A stretch of 64,000 bases of DNA from Azolla caroliniana (lineage: Eukaryota; Plantae; Polypodiophyta), in contig JBHGNT010000003.1 of assembly GCA_043228905.1 (NCBI GenBank), positions 6,448,001 through 6,512,000 of the forward strand, read 5' to 3'. The translations under genes were made by a program, and so were the position numbers. The notes beneath the pieces were generated by a model. It was given only the letters and a program-made list of their open reading frames with translations. It was not told where the DNA came from and did not search any database. Below are positions 49,844-63,746 of this stretch, in pieces; within the stretch, counting starts at the first letter, position 1, and the number at the start of each line of letters is the position of its first letter.

Positions 49844-52800
49844 TTAGAGGAAGAGAGGAGCCATAACAAGAGTTATTGTGGCCAACATCTTTATGAGGAC
49901 ATGCAATGATGGTCCTGCTGTATCTTTGAAGGGATCTCCCACACTGCAAAAAATAAACCGATGTTTTAGTCTAAGAACATGTTAAAAAGAAGATTCAGTG
50001 AATGTGACATGCATATAGGTGGTACAGTGAGCATCTTTGCCCTATAAGCTATATAGGTAGGAGGCTCAAATCGCCCCCACCCTGGGTAACACAAATGCTA
50101 AGTCAAGAACCAAAATGAACATGCACATAGGTGACACGGGAGATCATCCTATAAGCCAGAGATTTGAAGATCAACTCCCATCCCCACCCCGGCCTTGTCC
50201 CATAAACTGTTTTTTGAGATCACATTAAGAAAGGGAAGGGAAAAATATGCCTAGCTTTATGGATATTTACCAGAATACCACAAAATTGCAAAACTTGAAA
50301 CGAATTCCCACATAGCAGTCAAAATGTTTTACAGGTAACTTTCGAAACATGAGGAGTATTCTGGTAATGTCCAATAAATTGTAATTCATGTTTTTCCCAA
50401 ACAATATTGCAAAGAGAAGGATACACACGTGTCGCCTGTGATTGCCGCTTTATGAGCATCACTGCCCTTCCCTCCAAGCGCACCACTTTCAATATACTTC
50501 TTTGCATTGTCCCAAGCACCACCGGCTGTGTTGAGGAAGATGGCCATTAGAATGCCTGAGACTGTAGCCATCATAAGCATCGCAGCAACTGCCTTTGCTC
50601 CCAGCAGTGGTTGGTCTGTGTAGTACCCAATTATCTTGAAAATCATCCCTACAGAAACAAACACACTAATTATCTTAAGAATGGGTCAAATTTGTTATTA
50701 TTTAGTCATCACACACAAAATGCACAATTATCTTGAGAGAAAAAAACCCTGACGAAAAAAAAGTTTGTTTTAAGCATACTCATTATATTTGTTTCACGCA
50801 AAGTAGTCACACTCTAGAACTCGCTTCATTTCTCTTGATAATGAGCCCCTATGGGAAATCAAAATCTAATTATCTTAAGAATAAGCTTCATTTCTCTTGA
50901 TAATGAGCCCCTATGGGAAATCAAAATCTAATTATCTTAAGAATAACATTTGTTTCGAACAACATGAAATGGTGTCACCCTAAGGCTTTTTCCTGCATTA
51001 CATATATATTACTAATGGGAAACCTCAATATGAAGTGGGCACCCCCGAAAACATTACCAATCATTATAGGAGATATCACAGCCAAGGCTCCAGGTTTGAT
51101 CATCTCACGTAAGGCTGCAGATGCTACAATTGATACACACCGACCATAGTCGGGTTTCTCCTGGTAGGTCTGCAGTACAAAGAGAAGAAGCATGAGCAGC
51201 CACAGAAAATAACTCTTGTCCCTTTACTTCAAACCTTATTCTAGTGTCAAAACCCACCATGATACCAGGAAGCTCAATAAACTGTCTCCGAACTTCATTC
51301 ACAACCTCCTGTGCAGTTCGACCAACAGCAATACATGCCCAAGCACTAAAAAGGTATATTAACATTGAACCCAACAGACCTCCAACGAAAACTTCAGGAG
51401 TTGCAATATCAACCTGCACAACTTTGTAGTTATGAATTCACTCCAAGCTAATTCTGAAGTTAACTTTTTGATTTAAAACTAAGAACATAACCAAAACATA
51501 CTCAATGAAACAGAATATTTTCACCTGCATTCCAGAGAAAATGTTAACACAAAATGATCATGGTCCTCAGCATTGATGATTTAGAGTACCATACCACATC
51601 TCAATGGGAAAAAAATGAATCAGACAGACAGACAGACAAAGCATAGAGCAAGAAAGATTCTCTAAGTAATAAGAATTTAACTAAGGGTATATAATCATGA
51701 CTAATTTGGTGGAGGTGAATATATGATGTCTGGGTGCTGAGGGGAATCAAATTTCATCTAAAGACAGACAATTGAAGATAAAACAATGGAACTCGTCATC
51801 TGTTGGAAGAAAATTATACTCTGATGCCAAATTTTCTACTGAAGTGATTAATAGATGTTCCTTCACAAGTTAAGACTTTGACATTCCTACATTCCACCTT
51901 TAATGAAAGACAGGGAAATCATCCATGCAACTGCACAAACTGAATGAATATTTAGTCTTTTGAATGTGCATGATCAACTCTATGCTGCAAAAGAGATATA
52001 TAAATTATCTTACACTGCTAGCGAAATGTAAGCAAAACGGTAAAACCATGCTGTTAAGTACCTGACTGAACTCAATGCCAGAAAAGTGAGACACTTCGTC
52101 CATGTAAGCACTGAAAAGTAAAAATGATGCCAAAGCAGCAGAACCAATAGCAAAACCCTTAGTAGTAGCCTTGGTTGTATTACCCACAGCATCAAGAAGA
52201 TCAGTTATCTCCCTCACATTATCTGGCTGCAGTGGCATGAACAGGTCATACATTAATAAGAATACACAAAACAAGCTATATATCAATAACCATACATGAC
52301 ACATGGAAAGATCTTACATATGTATATTACCTGTAAGCTCATTTCAGCAATACCCCCTGCATTATCAGCTATGGGACCAAACATGTCCATAGTGAGAACA
52401 TATGCGGCAGTGCTCAGCATACCCATGGTAGCAACAGCGGTTCCAAAAAGACCGCCAGTTGCTGATCCATCAGAATCAACCAATCCTGAGGTTTTTCCCA
52501 ACCAATAAGCAGATATTATCGCAACACTGATCACTAACGTTGGCAGAGCTGTTGACTCAAGACCAAGTCCAATCCCTGCTATTACATTTGTTCCATGTCC
52601 AGTCAAACTTGCTAAGGCAACGGAGCGTACTGGTTCATATTTATAATCCGTGTAGTATTGGGAGATCCAAACAAAGACATAAGCTGTAATTATTCCCACT
52701 AGCCCACATAAAGCAAAGTGTAACCATGCTGCTGGTGCCTGATCTGTATATAGAAGCCACCTCGTTGACTGTCAAACACACATTAGTTCAACAATAACCC

Positions 52801-55800
52801 AAAATGCATCATTTTTATATCCTGGTGCATACTATTTTCTTCACATAAATTAGAAGACAAAATGAAATATCTTACTCCACAGAATGCAATTATTGCCAAC
52901 ACAATGGTCACAGAGTAGCCCTTCTGTAAAATTGCCATTGGATCTTCAACCAGAGATTTAGAACCTGGATCTCGAGTACCTCTAATTGACAATATTCCAA
53001 TTGCAGACACAATCAAATCAAAAGAATGTATAACCAAAGGAAAGAGGATGAACCCAGATGCATCTGCAAAATATATCCAAGGAATATCACCAACCCATCA
53101 CACCAAAATAGTTACATATCAGGAAATTATAGAATGGTTGGCTACCTTCAAGTCTGCAACGCTTTGCCATAGTGCCCCCTAATATCATTGCACTTATTAT
53201 TTCAGCAGCTATGCTCTCAAACAGGTCTGCCCCTCGTGCGGCACAATCACCAACATTATCACCAACCTAAATTACAACACATATGGGCATGAAAAAAAGT
53301 AAACAAGAACATCGCTGAACACAATGACTGTTTTCTGACAAATATAAGGACACTTGAAAATATATTTGAACATACCAGATCAGCAATGACAGCTGGATTC
53401 CTTGGATCATCCTCAGGAATTCCTTGCTCAACCTTACCAACAAGATCAGCACCAACATCTGCTGCTTTTGTGTAAATACCTCCACCAAGCTGAGCAAATA
53501 GAGCCACAAATGATGCACCAAAACCATAACCAACTAACAAAAGTGGCACTGTAATAGTTCAAAAAATGCTAAGTGTCAGGACTCCAAGAAAGAAAGATAT
53601 ATAGGGGTCTACTAGACCAAAATAAACCAATAAGACAAATCCTCGTCATAAATATGGTTAGCCTCCTGTTATCCATACTGAAAAAATAAAAGCTCTAGGT
53701 TTCCTAAAGATTCATGATAATGATTTTAACGGCATGATGCAGCTTTACAATTGGTAATGATTCTTCAGATGATTTTACAGGCATGATGTGCATGCCTACT
53801 TTGTAAGAGAAGTGCCAACAAGTGATAGTGGTTTTTAAAAGCATGAGGCAGGTTCACAATTAGTAATGATTCTTCAGATGGTTTTACAAGCATGAAGTGC
53901 ATACATACTTTGTATGTGAAAGGCCCAACAAGTCAGGCTCATAATGTAATGCTAGAAACTAAAGTTCAGCATTGTCAAACTTACATTCAGTAACATGCAT
54001 TGCATTGTCGTCATCTACCCTTAGATAAACATTGAATGAAGCATACAGCACAGCAACTCCCAGCACCGTCATGCCCACCACTACAAGAGCTGAAAGCCCA
54101 CCAGCCCGAACTGCAATCTAGATTATGTTTGGCACCATTTTAAGTCAATCAGTTTGATAAGTCTACAAATTAATGATTTCCTGTCCAAAATACAAAAGGA
54201 GAGCCATAAAACCTGCAATGCTTCACGTGCTGATCGCCTTGCTGCACTTGTCACACGAACATTTGCTCGGACAGAAACCCACATGCCTATATAACCAGCA
54301 ATACCCGAGCAGAGAGCTCCAAACAAAAAGGCGAGGACAGTTACAAAAGCAGAAGTAGATCTGCAATAAGCAAAGAATGTCAATTATGGATGTGATTTTG
54401 TATCTGAACCATTTATCTGTTAGAAATATAGCATAAAAGATCAACAGTGAATGTACTGTTTGAATCTGCATCCTTTATCTGTATTTAATACCTTGTTAAT
54501 CCGGAAGATTCTTGTTGAGGACTGGAGTTGCGGATGAGATAGATGCCAAGTATCGTAAAAGCGAGTAATACTGCCATTTTGGAGATCGTACCATATTGTG
54601 TACGGAAAAATCCTTCTGCACCATCTCGAATTGCATCTGAAATCTGAGTATAAACACAATAAATTCTCAAAATAACACCTTTGCCATTCTTTGATCTCCT
54701 ATATCTTGTCACAGATTATTGAACAGGTGATTAATATTGTCTAGAGACTAGAATCCTCTATAAGTCAACTGCTTTATTCTATGTTAATCAGTCATGAGTG
54801 GAAGGTTAGATGTATCAAAATATCATATTCCAGCTATCTTTCCTATTTAAAGATCATATTTCATCTTTTGATTATGTCGACACATGTAGTAAGTGTGTGC
54901 ACACTACCAAACAAGGACACCTTTCGGTTAATCGTCGGAAAAAAAAGTTTGTTAATTATATGCGGCTTCTGATATGTATTCTGAGCTCAGAAGTCATTAT
55001 AACTTCAATAACGTGGAAGAAGAACCATTTAGAATTCATTTACATAATGGACAAAATCACCAAAAAAGAATACGAGGAAACATTCACATTCTTATTTTTA
55101 AAGCTATCACGCTGGTGTCATAGGCAAAGCACCGTCTCAGCACTTTGCGAAAGTACCATCACTATGCAGCTTAAGACATGTAAATTCCAAACTCAAATTT
55201 GAGCTCAGTAGTCACTATAAATTCTATAATGAGGACAAGAACCATTTAGCATTTCATATAAATAATGGACTAAATTAGGTAGCCAATTTTTTTTTGATGA
55301 AACATTCACATTATAATCTTTGAAGCTAACCATTTCATACACAACATGGACCAGTCATAACGAATTCTAGCACCAAGGAAGAGACTACTCAAAACATAGG
55401 TGAAAATGCAAACACTACATCTACAATTGATTTATTATATATCCCTAGCACTTTGACTCAAAAAAGTACTCATTGACAAGTTGAGAAGTACCTGAGTCAT
55501 CTCTGGAGGGCCCTCATCCTTGGCAAGAACCCAACTTGTAAGGTATGCAGCAAACAGCATGCTGACAGTACTAACTAGGAGTACGAATATGATGATTGGA
55601 GAAGTGGATATACCAACATAGAAAATTGCTCCAAATGTTAAGAGAGTGAGCAAATAATATACCCTCTTGTTGAAACCACAAAATAATCTGATGACCTGTA
55701 AAATCAATCAATCTCTCTCTCTCTGGGTTCGAAACTCAATTTTACTCACCTCTCAATTATATACTCCATACATATCTCTTAATTCACTAGGTGCCACTGT

Positions 55801-56684
55801 GGAATGTAGGGGTTGAACCCATGACCACCTGGTCTCCATTGGGCAACCTTACCAACTGAGCTACATCAATCTGGGCTCTCTCTCTCTCTGATTTTAACTT
55901 GAAATTCATGCAAAACATCAGGTTTCACTTGAAATTTTAATTTTCTATGCAAATAATAATGGGCTCTAGAGAGTGTATGCAGACGGTGAGATCTTTTGCT
56001 CTATATCTCGTATATAGGTACATGCCACTAATATGCCAAACTTCCTCACTGCCATAGCGAGGAGACACACCTGGATTCATCCCCTTACTCACGTCATCCA
56101 AATGATGTTAAGCATAAGTTCTGAATGCGCATCTCAGTCAAGTAAATCTAATGCATCATCTTTTTTTACTCATGGCTCACTCCAGGGATTTGAATCTAAC
56201 ACCACTTTTCTTATCCACAGGCATTATATATATCACGTTTTCTTACATAATACATAGCTGCTTCCTTTTAAGGCATTGGGCACAATAGATCACTTCTTAT
56301 CGTGCCATGTTCTTACACAAGTCTTTTGAACCTAATATACATCATTAGTTTCTTACTAATGGCACTTGACATTAAGCTAATAGATAACTAATTTATTAGC
56401 TAGTAGAGATTAACCAATGCATCACTTCTTCTTAACCGAGGCATTTGAAATTAACCTAATACATAACTTCTTCACAGATTAACCTACGATATATAAATTT
56501 GTCTTACCCAAGGCATTTGAAATTAACCTAATACATAACTTCTTCACAGATTAACCTACGATATATAAATTTGTCTTACCCAAGGCATTTGAGACTTGCT
56601 CCGCAAAGCTGGGAATGTCCTCGGCTTTTCTTGGTACGGATTCCGGAGGGCTATCTCAATGTCGGCGCGGCCAGGATCCATCAT
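49844..56684 (-). CDS. AVP2: Type II (K+-independent) proton-translocating pyrophosphatase, multi-exon
   Basis: Exon 1 56684-56580 (MMDP...[11 protein letters not shown]), then [64 protein letters not shown] (Lys variant typical of K+-independent enzymes), [35 protein letters not shown]; stop at 49846-49844. Confidence 0.97.
50824..50946. repeat. Intronic tandem duplication, ~62-bp period
   Basis: GCTTCATTTCTCTTGATAATGAGCCCCTATGGGAAATCAAAATCTAATTATCTTAAGAATAA occurs twice. Confidence 0.9.
55726..55875 (-). mobile_element. tRNA-derived SINE in intron 1 of the H+-PPase gene
   Basis: Minus strand has A box TAGCTCAGTTGG and B box GGTTCAACCCC; flanked on both sides by CTCTCTCTCTCTG (probable TSD). 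Confidence 0.7.
56439..56592. repeat. 72-bp tandem duplication spanning the exon 1 splice donor of the H+-PPase gene
   Basis: AGGCATTTGA at 56439, 56511 and 56583; the two intervening units are identical by eye. Confidence 0.92.
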
Positions 56685-57349
56685 ATTGTCTCCAAGATCA
56701 GCCTCCGCGATTTTTCTTCCACAAAGATTCTACAAACTAACTTAGGATGTGTTTTAAATTTATGCCTGAGATTCTGGAGACATAGAAATGGCAAAAGAGA
56801 ATAGCAATGCAGCTAGATCAGATTAGTCTCCTCATCAAACTTCAAAGGAAAGGAAGGAGAAAGAAGTGCCAGCCTACTCTTTCTCGGTATAGGGGCTAGT
56901 GTTTGCAGGATTCTCTCCCTCGTTCTCTTTCTCGTTCTTTGTCAGTGAATTAGGGTTTTATTTTCTGTTCTATGTGTCAAGTTTTCGATGCTTGTATTCC
57001 TCTACCTGCTGGATTATGGTGTTCAGGATTCTCTTTATCGATGTATGGAGTTTACTGTTTTTGCTTTATATATCTATCCATGGAGTAGGGCAGGATGTGT
57101 GTGGGTTAGGGTTAGGGTTAGGAGGTTAGGCCTCTCTGCCTGTGGATTAGGGTTTCTATGGATCTAATCTGAATTGTGTCCCTTGGTAAAGGAGGAAATT
57201 TTCTTGTGGGCTCTCTCCCTCTCAGGGATCAAAAAGAAATCTTGGCCTAATAAAAATTAAAAATTGAAAAAAAAAAAAAGCAACTGAGAGAGATAGAGAG
57301 AGAAAGAGATTGAAAGAATTCCTAAATTGTGGGTCAAAAAGAAATATAT

Positions 57350-57925
57350 TTGACAAAGCAGCAGTAAATAAGTAAGTAGAGTGGTGGTAAAAAAAAAAAG
57401 CAAAAAAGCAAAAAACTACAGAGTAGAAGTGAAGAAGAGCCTATGTCGCGGTCAAGACTCAAGAGTATCATGTTCGATTTTTGTCCGGGGTCATGGCCAG
57501 GCGTTGTTTGTCTGGATCCATGCATAGCAAGCCACCCATATCGAGCGCACACCCCTATCTTCGGCTTTTTTTGGTTCGATAGAGCAGAGGAGCAGTAGTA
57601 AATAGAGTGGTGATACAAAAACAAAAAAGCAAAAAGGTTGCAGAGTAGACGCGAAGAGCCTTTGTTGCGGTCAAGACTCGAGAGTATCGTGTTCGATTTG
57701 TCCGGGGTCATGGCATGATCAGAGTACAATTGTCTGGATCCGTGCATAGCAAGTTGCCTATATCAAGTGTGTGTACTCGATCTCCAGCTTTCAGGCCCGT
57801 CCATATCGGCAAGTCTGTCATGGCATGATCAGAGTGCAGTTGTCTGGGTCCATGCATAGCAAGCCGCCCCTATCGAGGACGTGCTCCAATCTTCGACTTT
57901 CAAGCCCGTTTGTATCGGCAAGTCC
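57350..57925. repeat. Diverged ~230-bp tandem repeat with a partial third copy
   Basis: GCGGTCAAGACTC..., CCGGGGTCATGGC and TCC(A/G)TGCATAGCAAG recur 2-3 times. Confidence 0.75.
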
Positions 57926-58433
57926 CGTGTCGTTTCATGCTTTTATTGTCAAACCTGTCATCAACCAGACATTGTGTGTCGAATGTTGTGATCCTCTAGT
58001 TTTTGAACCTCTATTGAGATGATGATGATGATGTGTCCCCAGTAATGATTGTCCATGTCCAGAACATTTGACACACAAAACAACTCTATGCCCTTATATT
58101 GTAACCATATATATGTTTTGGAGACCCTCGATGCTTCGTGTTGCCTTATCTAAAATTTTCAATCACTATTTACTTCAAGGCATTACATATCCATGTGTAT
58201 GCTTCTTGTGCTCTTTGTCCTTATATTGCAACCATATATATACTTTAGAGACCCTCGATGCTTCCTGTCACCTCATCTATAGTTTTTAATGACAATTGAT
58301 TGTGATTTCCTTTGAGGCATTATATATCCGTGTTTATGCTTCTCATAGTCTTATCTTTAGTTTTCAATATTTTTTTTTATAGAAATGGATTGCAATTTCC
58401 TTGAAGCCATCATAATTTATGTTTTCTATTATG

Positions 58434-59940
58434 GTGTGATATGCATAGTTTGCTAGAGCAAGGATTGCCAAGTTGGTTTGATTAAGGTTTGTAGAGCTTA
58501 TGTCGAGTTTATAGAGACTCTCTCACGAGAAAATTTAAAATAAGAAAGCCATAATTTTATTGTCCTATAAGTTTGGGATTGAAACCCATTTATTTCACTA
58601 TTTCAATTTGTGACCTTAGTGTTGTATATTGGAATGCAATAGAGAGAAGGGTCATTGGGTCAAACTAGTGTGAACCCATCATGTCCAACTATAAGCATCT
58701 AAAACTTAGGACAAGAAGAGTTTAGTCATTTTTGGAGAGTGTGAGTAAAAGAGGTAAGTAGTATACATTGTAGAGTAATTATTGGCAATAGTACAACTAC
58801 CATCTCTAGAATTTTAGATTGATTCTTTGTTGTCTCTCTCTATTGTTGATTGGGGTGTCATTATTGTGACCTTAACATTCTATCTTTGTGGTGTTGTGGG
58901 ATCCATGTGATAGATTATGAATCAAGTAGAGACTAAATGTCACCTACATGAAATGGTATCAGAGCAAGATTCATCTATTGTATAGAATAATGAGAAATTT
59001 TCTTTTGAAGATCTAGCACTACTCACATAGAGGCAAAGCAGACAAGAGGAGAAATGGGATAATCGTAAATAATTCAACGAAGATGAGAGTTTATTTAAGG
59101 TGGGAGGCTAATTATTCTATCATCTTTGTCATGTCTTCATACACTTCACCATATATCATAACACAAATGGGAATATCTTGAGGTATGTCATGCCGAAGGA
59201 AGAGGAAGTTGAAATTTCAAGGAACCAAATTCACTCCATAGAAGAATCAAATCAGTAACATTCAGCTTTAGTGGCAACTAAGTAATCTTATTAACAAGAA
59301 GACATCCTCTAACATTGTTGAGGAGGATTTGGCTAAACTTGATTAGTTGGCAATGTTAATGACCACATGCATCTACCTAAGAATATCTATATATGTATAT
59401 TATTTATGTTTGGGTAGTAAAAGTGTTGAACAAGTGTCAGATAAGTTAATGAATACATACAAGAAGAAAACTACTTTGAATTTGATTTAACCATCGCCCA
59501 CGTAAATAAGTTGGATCACATAGGTCCGGTCCAGAACGAAATGGGCTTAATATAAGCTTGGAGCTAGAGACACAATGCTCACGTGCATATTCCCCAACTT
59601 ATGCACAAGCTTCAACATGAGTGTGATAGACAACACGATCTCATATAGAGAGGTATGTGAAGTGTTTCTTAACGAGGAGTTTTATTGGAAGACAATGGGG
59701 AGTGCACAAGGTGATGAATAGTATAAGGCGTGTTATTCACGTATTCACGTAGAAAGTACCTGGCACAAAGTCAAAGCAAAACCCAAGGACAAGAAGAACC
59801 ACAATTGTAGTAATGCCCGGTTTGAGGAGGTGGAGTGTTACAATTTCCATGAGAGAGGCCATTATTAGATGGACTGTCATGCTTCTAAGAATGTTGGTAG
59901 GAACCGTAGTGATGGTCCCGGTCCTCAAGGAGGATCGTGA
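58434..59940 (+). mobile_element. Old, degenerate LTR retrotransposon 5' portion (LTR, PBS, gag relic)
   Basis: PBS TGGTATCAGAGC at 58954-58965; decayed knuckle VECYNFHERGHY*MDC near 59830. Boundaries approximate. Confidence 0.65.
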
Positions 59941-60879
59941 AATTCAATGTCCTATTATAATGGGATGAGAACATAGTAAAGGAATTGGAGATTCTTTGGG
60001 CAATGGCATGGCATATTCCCTAGGAAGATGAGGTATTATACTCATGGGTACTAGATTCGGGCGCATCATATCATGTGAGACCACATAAAGACACCTTACA
60101 TAATCATGCACCCACACTATGAGAATCGTGCTCAAAACTTGGAATAAATGTAATGAGGCTAGAAGTACCAATATTACTTTATTAACACAAATAAAAACAA
60201 GAAAGAGATATAACATAGCAACAATGACGCTTAATAAGAATATGCGTATTTGCCTTTCTAGCTTTATAACATTAATTTTTATCAAAGAAAAAGGCATGCT
60301 AAACATGTGGATCTCCCATCATAAAGTTTTCCTTCCTTAATTCCAATTACAAAGTGGCCATTAAGGGGTTTACCCTAACTAATTATTCATTAATAGTGAT
60401 CGATGGATATATTCAAGGGAGAAACTTTCCAATCCCCAAAATGTCATTATACAATTATTATTATTTAAATTTCATAGCCTTCTCTTTAAATCCTTTACTT
60501 ACATGAATATATATTCTTGAATTAACTATCATATTTAACTAATTTGACATGTCTTCATTGGAATATTAACAATTGTAAGCATATGGCTGAACATCATGTT
60601 TGTGATGGGAGGGGTGAGAAGATTCATGACAAATCTCATCAAGAATCATAGGGGAAGAGGTGAAAGGAAGTATGCAACACCAAAGCAATAAAAGGAGCCA
60701 AGGCTTGAAACTTGGATTTGGTGAAACGATAATGATCATATTTTTTAATGTTGAGTATGTTGATTGCATGGACAATACAAAGTAGACAACAAGGTATGCT
60801 TTCCAATTTGATGGAAAATCAATATTATGGACATCAAGACTCTAGAAGTACAAATTCATGGTAGTATTTAACAAGCTTT

Positions 60880-61450
60880 CAGTCCAGGAATAGGTCTCTT
60901 GGAATTCTCTGATTGCAAGATATGATGAGAATGGGAAATTTCATTAAGTGCTCAATCAAATCTATTAAACGAAGGATTCATGGCAAGCCATTGTCTTACA
61001 CAATACATGCTTGGGAAGGATAGTCACTTCCTTTCCATCAATTTGTATTTTGTAGTTGATATGTTTTTTAAAACTAATGGAAGGATATATTTTTTTGGAA
61101 GAAAAAAAGACTCTAGAAATACAAACGTATGCCAAATGTGGCATGTTGAAAACTACACATCAAGTGTTGCATCATATTTGTATCTGTGTTGTGGCCTCTT
61201 GGAATGCATTGATTGGGGTGAGGCCGAAGAAGCAATGAGATGCTTCAACGAAATGAAATTCAAGGATATCCCTCGTAATGCTTTCACTTTCTCATGTATC
61301 TTGAAAGTGTGTCGCAATGTTTGGGCCCTTCATGAAGGAAAACATGTACATGATGAAATTATCCATAAGAAGTTGCTTGGAAAGATTTTGGTGCTTGGCA
61401 CGGCTTTACAATATTCATTATAATATTGGACTACTTTGTATATTGACTAT
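60880..61450 (+). pseudogene. PLS-class PPR gene relic
   Basis: SWNSLIARY, YAKCGML, VASWNALI, EAMRCFNEM...NAFTFSCILKVC...GKHVHDEI in broken frames. Confidence 0.75.
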
Positions 61451-62827
61451 GGCCACTTTACTCTTAGTACCAATGAAGGATATTTTTTCATGAGAAAAAT
61501 GAGTCCAAAAGTACAAAACGGTGCCAAACAAAGAAGAAATAAGTTGCAACCAATAAAGCATGAAAGGGAGCATTGTGGTTTTCTTTCCTAGAAGCGAACA
61601 CAAGAATGGTTTACCATAGCCAAACCCTCCATAGTGATAGTTAGACTCCATCTCATGATATTCCAAAACTCAATCTTTCATGCAAAGATGATGCACATCG
61701 AAGTGTGTGATCACTTGTTAAGCACCTATTATACAATAATATAACCCATAAAGAGATTGACATACACATTGGTACTAAACTAAGTTCAAGATCATGAAAA
61801 GAGGGATAGAACAAAATTGGCTCTAGAGGGTTAGGCCAAATGGTTGCCCCAATGTAGAAGGGGAACCTTTTTGCAAGTGTTATAAAAGTCACTTTTGTGA
61901 CTTTTTAGCTCTTATTCTTGAATCTTTAGTTTTCTCTCGACTTTTAAACTAAGCCAAAGCTCTCTCCACATTATCTATCATATACTTGTAGTGACTTGAG
62001 TGATTAGGGTTAAGTGTTACATAGAAAAATCCTAATCACTTCTCCTTTTGTACGTGTTGTGTTGACTTCTCTACTTAATTGAGGTGTGATTAGTACTACG
62101 AGTAATCTCTTGCTTTCATGTGTGTGTGTGTGTACTTACCACTTAAGGCATAAACTTAACTTCTTGATTATAGTTGACTTAGTGAGGCGAGAGTAAGAGT
62201 CTATGAGGCTAGTAGCTTGAGTGTGATTTGCTAGGAATATGTCCCTCCTGTGAGAGGAGCCGACTGTTCGAGCTGACAGTCGAAGACAAGGGAATAGACG
62301 AAGAATGCATTTACAAAGATCCCCTCTATTGCCTATTTTTGCCATTATTGTGGGTTTATGTTGATTGAGGAAGTGTCAAATCATGGGTCCTAGATCATAT
62401 GGTATAATAAAGGACATGTAATCTCTTGGCCATGTGTTAGCCTTTGGTGGGAGATTGCATATTACAACACAATATGCATGTATGAGAGAGGCATTATAAT
62501 ATGCAATCTCCCACCAAGGTTTGGTAAGGAGAACAACCCCTCACATATTTAGCTTGTGGGATACCCTTCAGGGATTGTTGTTGGGTATTGTGCGCATGAG
62601 AAACTAGCTCCAAGGTTATCTTATAGGTTCGTGGAATCGATCATGGGTTGGTAGAGGTGTCGAAAGACAACGGGCGTTGAGAGTGAGCAAGTACGTGTAA
62701 GTGCAATATTGGGGTGATGGCCTATGGGGGAGAGAGAAAGGAAGAAGGGAACATCATAGTAATGAAGAGAATGTTAGCAATAGAAAGAATGGAACAAAAA
62801 ATAAATGGTAGAGAAAAGAAGGGGCTA

Positions 62828-62984
62828 TATGTATGTATGTGTGTATGTGTGTATGTATGTATGTATGTATGTATGTATGTATGTGTGTGTGTGTATGTAT
62901 GTATGTATGTATGTATGTATGTATGTATGTATGTATGTATGTATGTATGTATGTATGTATGTATGTATGTATGTATGTATGTAT
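62828..62984. repeat. (TATG)n microsatellite
   Basis: Direct reading. Confidence 0.97.
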
Positions 62985-63203
62985 AGAAAGCAAATGCAAG
63001 CATGAGGTAGGCAGTGGATGTGATGAAAAGACAAACAAAAAAATCAAACGAGAAAGGTGCCCATTCATGTCAAATTTAAACAAGACAAAGGAAAATACAT
63101 AAACATTTCATTGTGAGTCAAACCAAAAAATTACAAGACTGGTAAAAATTACATATATACAACATTCTATGGGTCAATTAAATGAGATTTTGGCTAATCC
63201 CGT

Positions 63204-63746
63204 GTGTATAGCAACCAAGGGTTAGCTAGAGGATTATGCTATGCAACGCCAGAGACTACTAAGCATGCCCTCTGGTCTTGTCCCTTGGCTCAACAAGTAT
63301 GGAATAAAGTTCTTTCTTTATTCCTAACAATCAATGTTGGTTGCTTGTTCTCATGGGGAGCAGTGGTGTGGGGAGTATTACACTCCAACTTGATGTTGTA
63401 TGAGGCAGATGATATGCAAGAGGCCATCACGGCATATAACAGAAGATTGATATCAGTTAGTCCGTTTCAGCAACCTCGAAAGCAAATGCAATCTGTCGAG
63501 ATCTGGAAAACTGTGACTACGATAACATTATGGGTATTATGGAAATGTAGATGCAGTCGACTTTACGATGCCACAAAGCTTGGCATTCCAAAGGTATTGC
63601 TTGAGATATGGGAAACATTGTTGACAGTAGTTCGTGGGCAGTATGATAACATGGCTGGTTCTTCACTTATGGAGGAAGGTGCCTCTCTTTGTAATGACAA
63701 ACCAAAGCCTCAATGGAATTATCATCTTCCATGGACCTTTTCTTGA
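63204..63746 (+). mobile_element. 3' fragment of a LINE ORF2 (zf-RVT-type C-terminus)
   Basis: ETTKHALWSCPLAQQVW, TLWVLWKCRC, EIWETLLTVVRGQYD; resembles the 19348-20270 fragment. Confidence 0.78.

Noticed and set aside
55790-55875. tRNA gene
   Set aside because: A and B boxes are present, but I could not form a convincing cloverleaf, and the flanking direct repeats point to a SINE.
62714-63102. YVCM/YIHT-repeat ORFs
   Set aside because: Translations of the (TATG)n microsatellite.
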